Assembly: GCA_965644295.1 (NCBI GenBank)
Contig: CBFFRP010000059.1
Span: 62,001 to 126,000 of the forward strand
Reading direction: 5' to 3'
DNA: 64,000 bases
Source: Paraphysomonas bandaiensis
Taxonomy: Eukaryota; Protista; Chrysophyceae
Shown piece after piece: positions 52,100 to 64,000 of the stretch. Made by a program: the position numbers and the translations under genes. How positions within the stretch are numbered: position 1 is the first letter of the stretch; the number at the start of each line of letters is the position of its first letter. Under the pieces are notes generated by a model, which was given only the letters and a program-made list of their open reading frames with translations, did not search any database and was not told the DNA's origin.

Positions 52100-53332
52100 A
52101 TCTACAAGTACGAATTAGTTTATAATACCATACTCTGATGTACCGCAGTATTTCGATCCTGTATATGGGTACATATATCTACGTACATATCTTCCACCAC
52201 ATAGACATACACATATCCATATCTTTCAGGTTACTCAAAGGACATAATAGTTCAGTGTTGACATTTCCACTCTACAAATATCCACAGTGAGCATTAATTT
52301 TGCATGACGGAGTACACTCTTTGTTTGGTAGGCTTTATACCATTCAGTACATACTCATATGAAACTTATGAGCGACAGTTAGATTGATAGCACAGTTGAG
52401 TGTTTTATTCACTATAAGTGAAATATTTTCATTGTTAAATAGTTGTTACAGTATTGAAACTTGTCTCGTATGCATTCTATGTCTGAAGTGTCGAATATTT
52501 TAGGCCTAATATCTCTCACCTGTCTATTGAAGTAAACTTGAAGTTTATACCTTGACCTGATCACTCAATGCCTAATAGGTAGATTTCGTAAAGCGTGGAG
52601 GTATACATCACAACTATGAAATTAAATGTTGAGTACTCCCGAAGTAGTAACATGTAAACATGTGACCACAGTGTTATTTTCGTTTATTTTATTTCCACTC
52701 ATTGCGTCAGAGTCTTTACCGTGGAATGTTCTCTTACCAAGCAAATTCGTGTACCCTAATGTTAAATACCTCAAGCCGTGACTACTATTCATGCTCTGAC
52801 AATTCTTCTAATTTATAGCGTACGTTTTATTACGTGACTATGCCAATTTTTTACCTTGAGGTAAAACAGAATCTTTACAATTTAACGATTAGTGAGGGGG
52901 GATAGTTAGGTGTTCTTGAATTGAGAAACCCTTTGCATATACCCTGTTGCCTCTACTAAAAGCGATCTAAATTGCAGCGGGCTTTATGACAACGCTTGGA
53001 AAACCATGAAAACAAGATCACGGAAAAATTAAGAACAGAGTTTCAACTGCTCTGTACGTTTTACGGTAGTGCTGAGATATGAAAGATATGTGTATAGTGA
53101 ATGTAGAATTAGTGATAGGAGTATATAACTGTTGAGCAGCAATAGAATAAATATTGGCTACGACAGGTTCGAATAAATTCTTCAGCATCAACAAAAATCT
53201 ACATCTCAACATGAATTATTCGACATTTAATAGCAAAATGCAAGATTCGATGCACGTCAAGGAGTACAATAAACAACACGAATACTTCGAACAACAAATT
53301 TAATATCTACGAATATCCTTCCCAAACAATTA

Positions 53333-54007
53333 TCATTTTTTACCTCCCATGCTATCTAATTGACTAATTAAGTCTTCAAATGCATCACTGTTATAAACCA
53401 TTGAACCTGTTGCAGGAAATTCATCTTCTTCAGCTGTAGGAGACAGAGGTGTTGATACTTTTTCTTCATTGGGGGCATCCTCTGGCGCATCAGAGTCATA
53501 TGGACACTCCATACTGGTAATTCCAGTGGATTTATGAACCCAAAATACACAACCTGCCTGAGTTTCTTTGATCCACTCGTCCTTTGTAGTTGCTTGAGTG
53601 CTAATAACTAACACCTTCTTTTTCGATAGAGCCTCAGCCTTTCTTGCCGCAGCAAGCTTTGCAGCAGACACTTCATCACTATCTCCAGACTTTTTGAACT
53701 CTAAGCGTTGCATTAACTGGACCCCACCTTTCCGAAGTAAAACTGTGTTGCGCTTCTGCTTTAGTGTCATGAAGTCTTCTGGAGGCTCCATGAGATTAGC
53801 GTGCTCATCCACAGACTTATCATGCAAATATTTTCTAGTAAAAACACAAAGTAACAAAACTATACAATTTAATGAATGAAAGTACCTCCTTCCACTATAG
53901 AAAAAGCCCTTTGAGTAATCGCCACGGTTACCAAATGGGTCCCCAAACATCACTCTGCCTTCACTTTTCATGTAATGATCATCGTGTTCTGCAGTCTTGC
54001 TTTCCAT
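53333..54007 (-). CDS. Hypothetical protein with a WW-like motif (one in-frame intron ~53837-53885)
   Basis: EWIKETQAGCVFWVHKSTGITSMECP resembles a degenerate WW domain. Confidence 0.6.
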   Translation of the reverse strand: MESKTAEHDDHYMKSEGRVMFGDPFGNRGDYSKGFFYSGRRYFHSLNCIVLLLCVFTRKYLHDKSVDEHANLMEPPEDFMTLKQKRNTVLLRKGGVQLMQRLEFKKSGDSDEVSAAKLAAARKAEALSKKKVLVISTQATTKDEWIKETQAGCVFWVHKSTGITSMECPYDSDAPEDAPNEEKVSTPLSPTAEEDEFPATGSMVYNSDAFEDLISQLDSMGGKK

Positions 54008-54575
54008 ACCAATAATAATATATGAAAACACAAGGTAATCTCTTATGTCAAACCCTTCAACAATCGTCGTGTTGTGATGTAGTGATTAAGTGGCTTTGAT
54101 GTGAGTTGTATGTATAGGAGTTTCACACGATAGTAACTGAATAGACAACTTGTCGTATGTATGTATTCGTCGTATTCGGTCTTCGGTATTTCGATGAGGG
54201 GGTTTCTATACATAATATGATGTGGTGATGATGAGTGATAACACATCCATCCACAGTGTAATACACTACCCTTCTGTATAACTGAAAAAGTGGGATTTTT
54301 ATGACACCATCGTATTAAATATCAGTCAATGAGTCTAAAAAAACTATATTCTAACACAATAATAGCATATTTCTGGTGCCCTTATCCGCCGCACACTTGA
54401 TTGAATATGGCATATGCATCTCTCTCTATATGATGATGATACGTGGTATATAGCAATGAATGATGAGCACTACTTGGTTGTGTGTATATATATATACTTA
54501 TTATTTAAGTGGTGTCTGTAGTTCATATTGTTAGTAAAGTATTATAATAACGACGTAACACGGGTACACAGCATC

Positions 54576-57500
54576 ATGGCTGAAGCATTTCAGCGCAATA
54601 AACTCTATGAATATCGTGCCAATTCTAATCTTGTATTAGAAGCAGATAGAGAGGTAAGAAGAAGAGCAGATGAGGCTACTGGTGAAGTCGAGACATTACA
54701 TGGTAAACTAGGATCTGTACGTATGGGAGATCGATTAGAAAGAGATAAACATGAAGATTTAAATGATCGTATAAAGAAAGCGAATGCAAAAAGACAATTA
54801 GAAGAGGCAAATAGGGAGGAGAGCAAGAGAAAAAAACGAAATGCTGGAGTATTTATTGCAGGAAAAGGATCCAACGTTCTCTCTGTTACTGAAAGTATGG
54901 ACTCGATTAATTATCGTCCGAAAACGCGTGAATCCCGCATGGCTTACGAGGAAATGTTGAATTTTATCCAAATATCACTCGGGGACCAGCCGCAGGATAT
55001 CTTGATGGGTGCTGCTGAGGAGGTACTGTCTATCCTTAAAGACGATTCCATGCGAGACCCTGATCGTCACAGAGAGATTGAAAAAATTCTTTCTCGCATC
55101 CCGTCCGAGAAGTTTCATAAATTGGTAAATCTAGGGAAACAGATTACGGACTTTAATGTGGGCGGGGAAGAGGAGGAGACAACTCGAATGGACGAAGGTG
55201 TTGGAGTAGCTGTAGTATTTGATGATGACGAAGATGAAATGAATGATGATCTCAGCGAGGAACATGATAGCGATGAAGATGATGATGGGGGCGTGGAGAC
55301 AATGGGGGGAACCCAGCTTAAGGGTGTGGATGATGAGGAAGGTGATGCTGACGCCGATAATCAATTCACACTCTCGGTCCATGATATTGATGCCCACTGG
55401 CTTCAGAGACAGCTCTCCAAGTTCTACAATGATGCGAATGTATCTGCGAAGCTGGCAGAAGATACTTTAAATATCCTCCAGATCTCGGACGAAAGAGGAT
55501 GCGAGAACGAACTTGTGGTATTGCTGGACTTCAACAAATTCGATTTCATCAAATTATTGCTAAGAAACCGCGCCAAGATTCTGTATTGCACGAAGTTGAA
55601 ACAGGCACAGAGCGACGCAGAGCGAGAGGCAATAGAAAAAGAAATGCAAGCCGATATAGATGGTGGTGGAGCAGCTATACTCGATCAGCTCCAGCAGACT
55701 GCCACTGCAGAAAGCTGGGCGGCTGATCGTATTGGGGAGTTTGCGAATAAGGCACGGCGGGAGGCACGGGCCCTCAACCGGTCAGGTGGAGATTCTCGAG
55801 GTGGAGATGAAGTTGAGGAGACTGTGGGGGGTGTGGGGGCGATACAGAATGGCCGCGGAAGCGGGGCCGGTGCGGAAAAGACTCTTGATCTGGATAGCCT
55901 TCAGTTTGCTGAGGGTGGACATCTGATGTCCAACAGCCGGTGTGAGCTGCCGGAGAAGAGCTGGCGAGCACAGAAGAAGGGATACGAGGAGGTTCATGTT
56001 CCGGCCTTACGTCCAATCATATCATCCAAAGAGAAGCTTGTACAGGTCACAGATCTTCCAGAGTGGTGTCAGCCCGCATTTCCTGGCGTCAAAGCACTTA
56101 ATCGCATTCAGAGCCGCATGGTGGACTCGGCTCTACGGGGATCAGATAATATACTTCTTTGTGCCCCTACTGGTGCTGGTAAAACGAACGTTGCGTTGAT
56201 GTGCATGTTGAGTGTAATAAGTCAATACCGAAAAGATGATGGGAGCATTGATTTAGATGGATTTAAGATCGTCTATGTTGCTCCAATGAAAGCCTTAGTG
56301 CAAGAGGTGGTTCAAAATTTTGGGAAGAAACTGGCACCCTTCGGAATGACTGTGAGAGAGTTGTCAGGTGATCAGAATCTGACCCGGCAGCAGATTCAGG
56401 AAACTCAACTGATAGTTACTACTCCTGAGAAATGGGACATTGTAACTCGTAAGGCTGGGGACAGAGCGTACACTCAGCTGGTACGATTGATGATCATCGA
56501 CGAGATACATCTCCTACACGACGACAGAGGGCCAGTGCTGGAGGCACTTGTAGCACGCACTATTCGGCAGATAGAGACTACACAGGATATGGTAAGAATG
56601 GTGGGTTTATCTGCGACCCTTCCTAATTTCGAAGATGTTGCAACTTTCCTTCGTGTTGACCCTGAGAAGGGGTTGTTTTTCTTCGATAACTCTTTCCGTC
56701 CTGTCCCGCTACAGCAGCAATATATTGGCGTGACAGAAAAGAAGGCTCTCAAACGTTTTCAATTAATGAATGAGATTTGTTATGAGAAAGTGCTCCAACA
56801 TGCGGGCAGGAACCAAGTGCTTATATTTACCCACTCCAGAGCAGAGACCGCAAAAACAGCCCGCGCTTTGCGGGATATGGCGATGGACAACGATGCACTG
56901 TCACAGTTTGTGAAAGAAGACAGCGCTTCTCGTGAGATTCTTCGAGAAGAGGGAGAAGCTGCCAAAAATCCGGATTTGAAAGATCTCCTTCCCCACGGGT
57001 TCGCTATACACCACGCTGGATTAGTACGCTCAGACCGGACCTTAGTCGAGGATCTGTTCGCTGACAAGCACGTGCAAGTGCTTGTCTCCACAGCAACTCT
57101 GGCTTGGGGTGTAAATCTTCCCGCTCACACAGTTATACTCAAAGGTACACAGATGTATTCTCCCGAGCAAGGCCGGTGGGTGGAGCTATCACCTCTCGAT
57201 ATTATGCAAATGATGGGAAGAGCGGGACGGTATGGAATGGACTCCGAAGGAGAAGGGATAATAATAACCGCCCATTCGGAGCTTCAATACTATCTCTCTC
57301 TCATGAACCAACAGCTGCCGATCGAAAGTCAGTTCATAAAGAAACTACCGGATATGCTGAATGCGGAGATTGTACTGGGAAGCGTCCAGTCTGTGCGAGA
57401 GGCTGCCACCTGGTTGGGCTACACGTATCTCTTCATTCGAATGCTGCGCAATCCAGAAATGTATAGCATTTCTGCGGACGAACTCAGTAGCGATCCAGTT

Positions 57501-60500
57501 TTAATGCAAAGAAGGGTAGATCTCGCCCATTCCGCTGCTGTGATTCTGGACCGACATAATCTTATTCGATACGACAGAAAATCAGGGATGTTTCAAGTAA
57601 CAGCCCTAGGTCGGGTGGCAAGTCACTACTACGTTAGCCACGACAGCATCAATGTGTTCAATGAATACCTGAAACCCACAATGAGCGATATTGAAATATT
57701 TCGCCTATTTAGTCTTTCGGGTGAGTTTAAATACATTCATGTTCGCGAGGAAGAAAAACTTGAGTTAACAAAGCTTCTAACTCGAGTACCGATTCCCGTG
57801 AAAGAAGGTGTTGAGGAGCCAGCTGCCAAAGTCAATGTTCTCTTGCAATCATATATATCCAGGCTTCGCCTTGAGGTTTGAATCCAGACTTTCCTCTTAT
57901 TTAACGATGGTAATTGTTTGTTCACAGGGTTTTGCGCTAGTAGCGGACATGACTTACATCCAACAATCCGCATGCCGTTTGATGCGGTGCCTCTTTGAGG
58001 TGGCTCTCAAGCGTGGATGGGCTTCGCTTGCAAACAAGACCTTAGCAATATGTAAAATGGTTGAGCGACGGACTTGGGGATCGCAGTCTCCGCTGAGGCA
58101 ATTCGGTTCTATTCCTGAGGTAATCATTCGTAAGCTCGAGAAGAACAGTGATATCAACTGGGAAAGGTATTATGATCTCAAACCTCAGGATCTGGGTGAA
58201 ATGGTCAAGATCCCAAAGATGGGGAAGACTTTGCACAAATACGTACATATGTTTCCAAAACTTGAATTGAGTGCACACTTTCAGCCTATCACTCGATCTC
58301 TTCTTATGGTGGACCTTACCATCACCCCTGATTTCCAGTTCGATTCATCTGTAAGTTGATTTCTCGGTAGTTTGTATTACTAGTGATATTCTGGCAGGTT
58401 CACGACTACTCTCAGTTATTTTGGGTTATTGTTGAGGACGTGAATGGAGAATCTATCCTCCATCACGAGGCCTTTATCCTGCGGAAAAATTATGCGTCCG
58501 AGGAACATCACATGAGCTTTTCTGTCACTCTTACGGACCCTTTGCCACCCCAGTATTTTATCCGAGTTGTGTCCGACCGCTGGATGCATGCCGAGACTGT
58601 CCTGCCCGTGTCGTTCAGACATATTCTTCTGCCACACAAATACCCACCTCCTACAGAGCTCTTAGATTTACAGCCTCTACCTGTGTCAGCATTGCGCAAT
58701 TCTCGTCACGAAACCCTCTTCAGTGGCACATTCAAGCACTTTAACCCCATCCAAACCCAGACCTTTTCGGCACTCTATGAAGGAGATGATAATGCTCTTG
58801 TATGTGCTCCTACTGGATCAGGAAAGACGATATGTGCAGAGTTCGCCATGCTTCGCTTGTTCTCTGGTAACCCTAATGCACGCTGTGTGTATATCACACC
58901 GAAACAGGTATGCCGGCTTTGTATGGTTTCGCTGCTTTATATATAATCACTGTTGATACAGGAAACCTGTGACCTCATGTATGAACACTGGCGCGAGCGT
59001 TTTCAAGACAAATTGGGATTATCCGTCGTGAAGTTGGTTGGCGATATCACACCTGACCTTAAGCTTCTAGAGACCGGAAATGTTATTGTGTCAACTGCAG
59101 TCCAGTGGGACGTTCTGAGTCGACGCTGGAAGCAAAGAAAGGTCATTCAGAATATCGCGCTGTATGTGTTCGATGAGGTTCATCTGATCGGAGGAACCGA
59201 CGGGGCTACACTGGAAATTGTTGCTTCACGTGCACGATACGTCGCCTCCCAATTAGGCAATAAGGTTCGTGTTGTTTTGCTTGGGTCTTCCATCGCAAAT
59301 GCAAAGGATATTGCTGATTGGATGGGTGTTCCTAATCATGCGATGTACAACTTCCCTCCTTCTGTACGACCAGTTCCCCTAGAGATTCATATGCATGGTT
59401 TCGAGACCAACCATTTCGGGAACCGCTTGCTATCTATGGCAAAGCCCACGTATACGGCTATTGTTGGACACTCCCCGGACAAGCCCGCCTTGGTGTTCGT
59501 TCCTTCCCGGAAGCAGTGCCAGTTAACGGCTATTGATATCATTACATACGCCGCCGCTGGAGGTACTACGGATAGATTCCTACACACAGATCCGGAAAAT
59601 CTGAAAGACGTGCTGGAAACCTTTAAAGAACCTGCCCTAGCACAGACTGTGGCTCATGGTGTTGGGTTTGTTCATATGGGTCTTACCCGCAGTGATAAGA
59701 ACCGCGTTCTTGGACTCTATAGGGACGGAATTATTCAAGTTCTTGTGTGCCCCTTCGATATGTGCTGGTCCCTTTCTACCCCTGCTCACCTCGTAGTTGT
59801 GATGGAAACCACCTACTACGATGGCAAAGAGCATAGTTTTGTGAACTATAGCATTACGGACATCATGCAAATGCTCGGACTGGCAAGTCGCCCGCTCACA
59901 GACGACACTGGCAAGGCTGTGATTCTTTGCCACGCTCCAAAGAAGGATTTTTTGAAGCGCTTGGTAAATGACCCCCTTCCAGTAGAATCTCATATTGACC
60001 AATTTCTTCACGATCACTTAAATGCTGAAATTGTGACGAAGACGATTGAAAACAAACAGGATGCAGTGGATTATTTAACATGGACTTTCTACTATCGCCG
60101 CCTCACACAAAATCCAAATTACTACAATCTTCAGGGCACCAGTCACCGTCATTTATCTGACCACCTCTCTGAACTGATTGAGAGCACAATTGCGGATCTT
60201 GAAGAGTCGAAATGCATTGCTGTGGAAGATGATATTGATCTCTCTCCTCTCAACCTGGGTATGATTGCTAGCTACTATTATATTCAGTACACAACGGTGG
60301 AGTTGTTTGCCTCGAGCATCACAGCAAAGAGTAAACTAAAGGGCTTATTAGAAATCCTCTCATCCGCCTCGGAGTATTCTTCTCTCAGTATCCGGCAATC
60401 AGAAGAGACAATATTATCGAAACTGGCGAAACATCTTCCTCAGGCCCTCCCAGCCTCTGCTTCGTACGAAAACCCGTCTACCAAAGCTCTGCTGCTACTA

Positions 60501-61382
60501 CAGGCCCATTTTTGCCGTCGTCTCTTGGGGGTGGATCTGATATCGGACCAAAAAATTGTTCTCACCAAAGCCCCAAAATTGATTCAATCTTTGGTGGATG
60601 TTATATCGTCTCAAAGCTGGCTGCGTCCTGCCCTTGCTTCCATGGAGCTTTCCCAAATGATTGTGCAAGGGCAATGGGACAAGGACTCTGTCCTGCTTCA
60701 AATCCCTCACTTTACAGCTGAAATTATATCTCGGTGCAAGCAGAATGATCCGCCAGTCGAAAGTGTGTTTGACATTCTAGATCTCGAAGATGAGGACAGA
60801 GACAGACTCCTCCAGTTATCATCAGAAAAAATGTCTGATGTTGCTGTCTTCTGTAATGCCTATCCCAATATTGAGCTGTCATACGATGTGAGTGCTAAAG
60901 AGGGTGAAGAGGTAAGTGTTGGCACTAGAATTTATGTTTCCAGTGTATTTTACATGTATATGCCTCAGGTGGAAGCGGGAGATACGGTCACGGTTATGGT
61001 CACTCTACAACGAGAAATAGACGAAGAAGATGAGATTGACCCTTCCACCATTGGGAAAGTCGTCTGCCCTCGCTACCCAACAGAGAAGGTAGAGGGGTGG
61101 TGGCTGGTGGTAGGTGATACCAATTCGAATTCTCTGCTCTCAATTAAGAGGATGAATATTGGCTCTCGCAGTAAGGTATGTGTCTTTCTGAAGTTTATTC
61201 AGTGTGTTTTAATGACTTATACGATGGTGTAGGCAAAACTTGAGTTTTCAGCTCCTGATGACCCTGGAGATTATAATCTTACGCTATATCTCATGAGCGA
61301 CAGCTATTTGGGCTGTGATCAGGAGTATGAAATACCTTTAACGGTGGTCGCAGGTGACGACGATATGGATGATGAGGAATAG
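54576..61382 (+). CDS. SNRNP200: U5 snRNP 200-kDa helicase BRR2 (6 exons)
   Basis: [11 protein letters not shown]; first cassette [26 protein letters not shown]; second cassette [12 protein letters not shown]; two Sec63 units; ends [11 protein letters not shown]. Confidence 0.98.
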
Positions 61383-61951
61383 TTGAATTAGTCTTCAGGA
61401 AGCAGCATTCGTACTTCGCATTTCGCCACAGTGGCAATGTTCCATTAGCATATCGGTAGGCTTTTAGTATGCAGCATATTTGCCAGGAGTATATCCACTA
61501 TATATGGCTTGAAATTGTAATGTCATAAACACACATCATAACCCTCATATTTGTTGTTGCCATATCGCAATGTTGTGCTGTGGTTAAGTACACGACTACC
61601 AAATGGTCATGCAATATTTCCCCTTTTATTTGTATAGCTTCGTTTCGAAGAATCACAAAAAAGTTATCGACATATTTGCTTGCACATCACATTCAGTGCC
61701 CTTTTACCTCATACGACCTGTGTGAACTCTTCGCTCGAAGAGTGTCACAACCAGCTGTTATTCTGGGGTCTCAAGTGTAAATTACGGTGTAAGCCCGTGA
61801 GCCTATCATTGTTAACATGTGATAGATCTCATTTAAAATTTCAACACTGCGCGATCTATACAGTTAAGTGTTGTAGCTATCATCTGTAGAGTTGCGACTT
61901 GCTCAGTCGAAATTAATTTGTTACAATCTATAGTTACAGCATACAACACAG

Positions 61952-64000
61952 TGTTGAGCTTTGCTGTTGGAGAGCAATAAAGCTGTAGTTCAAAGGTACT
62001 TGAATCTTGAATTATAACTGTTAATGGAAGAATACAGAAGTGGTAAGCTGTATTGTGGGAAATTATGTCATGATAACAATCATAGTAGTGAAACTGAAAT
62101 AGACCGTATACGATCGTGATATATCTAAGATTTTATGGAAATGATTTGTGTTAGAAATAGACATTTTTAGTAATAAGACCTTTGTTAACACTTATATGGA
62201 ATATTATATAATTATAAGAGATACCATACTTCATTCATTGACGTTCACCAACTCTTTCTATCTCTACTACACCAACCATTTCTAGTACGATCTTACATCG
62301 TCACTATCTTGTACAGTCAGTATATTTCAGTTTTATCACTACAATGGCTATCATATTATTGGTTCTCATACTACAGCTAGCTACTACTGTATTCTTTGAG
62401 TAACGGATATAATTCTAATATCTTGGAAACTACAGCTTTTAATTGCTCACAAACAGCAAAACTCAACACTCCCTCTCAATTCAAAGCTGTAACACATGGC
62501 ATAACTGACGGATACGCAACCACCGAAACCGTATAGGACAAACCGGTGGACGTATGGCTCCGACGTTTCAGCTAGCCTCTCCGTAGACAACACGTTTATG
62601 AGCCTCTGTTTCGTTTGTATGAATTCTCTCTGATGACATCCACAGATGACTTCTGATCTTCTCCTAGACATCTCTTTCTATGCTTCTCGTATATAACGCC
62701 ACACAAAGATTTCGTAAATATGTCTGCAGTCTGGTTATCAGTTCCAACGTGATACAATATCGCAGTGTTAAAACGTCCTTCTGGATCTACATGTTCACGC
62801 ACCCAGTGGTATTTGATTTCAATGTGTTTTGATCTTTTGTGGAACACTGGATTTAATGCTAGATCACGAGCACTCTGGCTATCTAAAAAAAATGGAGTGG
62901 GTTCGTACAGTCGAAGTCCCAATTCGGCCAACACCCCCCGAAGCCACACCAGTTCTTGCATGCCAGCGTACATAGCTTGGTACTCACTCTGCATTGAAGA
63001 CGTAGACACAGTAACTTGTAAGATTGATTGCCAGGTGAGTGGTCCACCTGCTGCAAACACAATGTATCCAGTTGTCGACCTTCGTGACACAGTATCGCCT
63101 GCCCAGTCAGCGTCTGTGAAAATATGCATGTCAAAGCTCTTACCACTGAACCGAATACCTTTCCGCACAGTACCCCTGATGTATTGTAACAAATAAGTCA
63201 TCAACTTGCATGTAGCCTTTGTTGGTTTCGAAGCATATCGTGACAATAGGCCAACAGCATACGCAATATCTGGACGCGTATTCATTGATAGATATAGCAT
63301 GGCACCTAGTAAGCTACGATAGGGATAATTGTCGACTCCCTCTTCCTCCTGAGATGAGTTCTCACTATCAGTGCAATTAATCCTGTCCATGGCATCTACA
63401 GGTAGTGGGGATTTGCGAACTTTGTTTGAAGGTCCAAGGAATGCTGCATATTTGGTGAGAATTTTTTCAGCGTATGTCGATTGGTCAAGTTGAATATAAT
63501 TCTTGGTCCTTGTAACTCGAACGTTGAGAAAATGCTCTAATTCTCCCATGTCTGACATGTCAAATCTTTCACAAAACCGTTTCTTGATTTCTGTCAAAAT
63601 AGTCAGATCCGCACAAGCGATTACTATATCATCAACGTATATGGTTAAGTACACACGATGACCTTTGTACATCATATAATATAGACATGGTTCTAAAATG
63701 CAGGGTTTGAATCCCAAAGACTTTATAAATCCATGTATGGTCTTCCACCATGAACGTGGAGAACTCCGAAGGCCATATAGTGAGCGATATAGTTTGAAAC
63801 AGTGTCCTGGTGGCAACTGAAAATCGGGAGGAGGGTCCATGTACACGTCTCCTTCGATTTTAGCATAACAGAATGCATTCGACACGTCAAGTTGATGGAT
63901 GTGCATACTAAACATGAAAGCAAGGGCAATGATTAGTCTAACCGTAATCGATTTCACCACAGGAGCAAATGTATTTTCGACGTCTATACCTGTCCTTTGA
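61952..64000 (-). mobile_element. Ty1/copia LTR retrotransposon, 3' part (runs off the window); 3' LTR 61952-62468
   Basis: RT/RH ORF, then PPT GAGAGGGAG, then a 517-bp TGTTGAG...CTCAACA segment. Confidence 0.92.
62596..63960 (-). CDS. Copia reverse transcriptase and RNase H (5'-truncated by the window edge)
   Basis: QLDVSNAF, LYRSLYGLRSSP, YVDD, TRPDIAYAV, TDADWAG, SEY, KHIEIKYH, ADIFTK. Confidence 0.95.
   Translation of the reverse strand: MVKSITVRLIIALAFMFSMHIHQLDVSNAFCYAKIEGDVYMDPPPDFQLPPGHCFKLYRSLYGLRSSPRSWWKTIHGFIKSLGFKPCILEPCLYYMMYKGHRVYLTIYVDDIVIACADLTILTEIKKRFCERFDMSDMGELEHFLNVRVTRTKNYIQLDQSTYAEKILTKYAAFLGPSNKVRKSPLPVDAMDRINCTDSENSSQEEEGVDNYPYRSLLGAMLYLSMNTRPDIAYAVGLLSRYASKPTKATCKLMTYLLQYIRGTVRKGIRFSGKSFDMHIFTDADWAGDTVSRRSTTGYIVFAAGGPLTWQSILQVTVSTSSMQSEYQAMYAGMQELVWLRGVLAELGLRLYEPTPFFLDSQSARDLALNPVFHKRSKHIEIKYHWVREHVDPEGRFNTAILYHVGTDNQTADIFTKSLCGVIYEKHRKRCLGEDQKSSVDVIRENSYKRNRGS

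Overview
Eukaryotic genomic DNA with short (~50-70 nt) GT-AG introns. It is most consistent with a flagellated protist (IFT27 is present); a stramenopile is my low-confidence guess. Conserved genes flank the window: a multi-exon ankyrin-repeat gene, PUS3/TruA, an EF-hand membrane protein, PP1, a GLT1D1-like glycosyltransferase and SKI3/TTC37 on the left, and IFT27, a PAN/apple protein, a WW-like protein and BRR2/SNRNP200 on the right. Between SKI3 and IFT27 lies a ~22 kb accessory island (27.2-49.5 kb). It holds an intronless FAM118/SIRal-like SIR2 gene embedded in a split (TATG)n microsatellite, two orphan genes, a duplicated CTAG-flanked TG..CA module and nested MITEs. It also holds a frameshifted tyrosine recombinase of the Polinton-like-virus/virophage (OLV11-like) type, which the ORF track shows only as fragments. 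Next to the recombinase is a 15-copy 554-556 bp tandem array, followed by a PIF/Harbinger relic. The array is interrupted by a Ty1/copia element with a 5-bp TSD, apparent AG..CT termini and an internal foldback that replaces the PBS, most of gag and the protease. A second copia at the right edge has an LTR that is one long imperfect palindrome. All coordinates were read by eye, so exon boundaries are approximate and family calls rest on motif recognition, not database searches.
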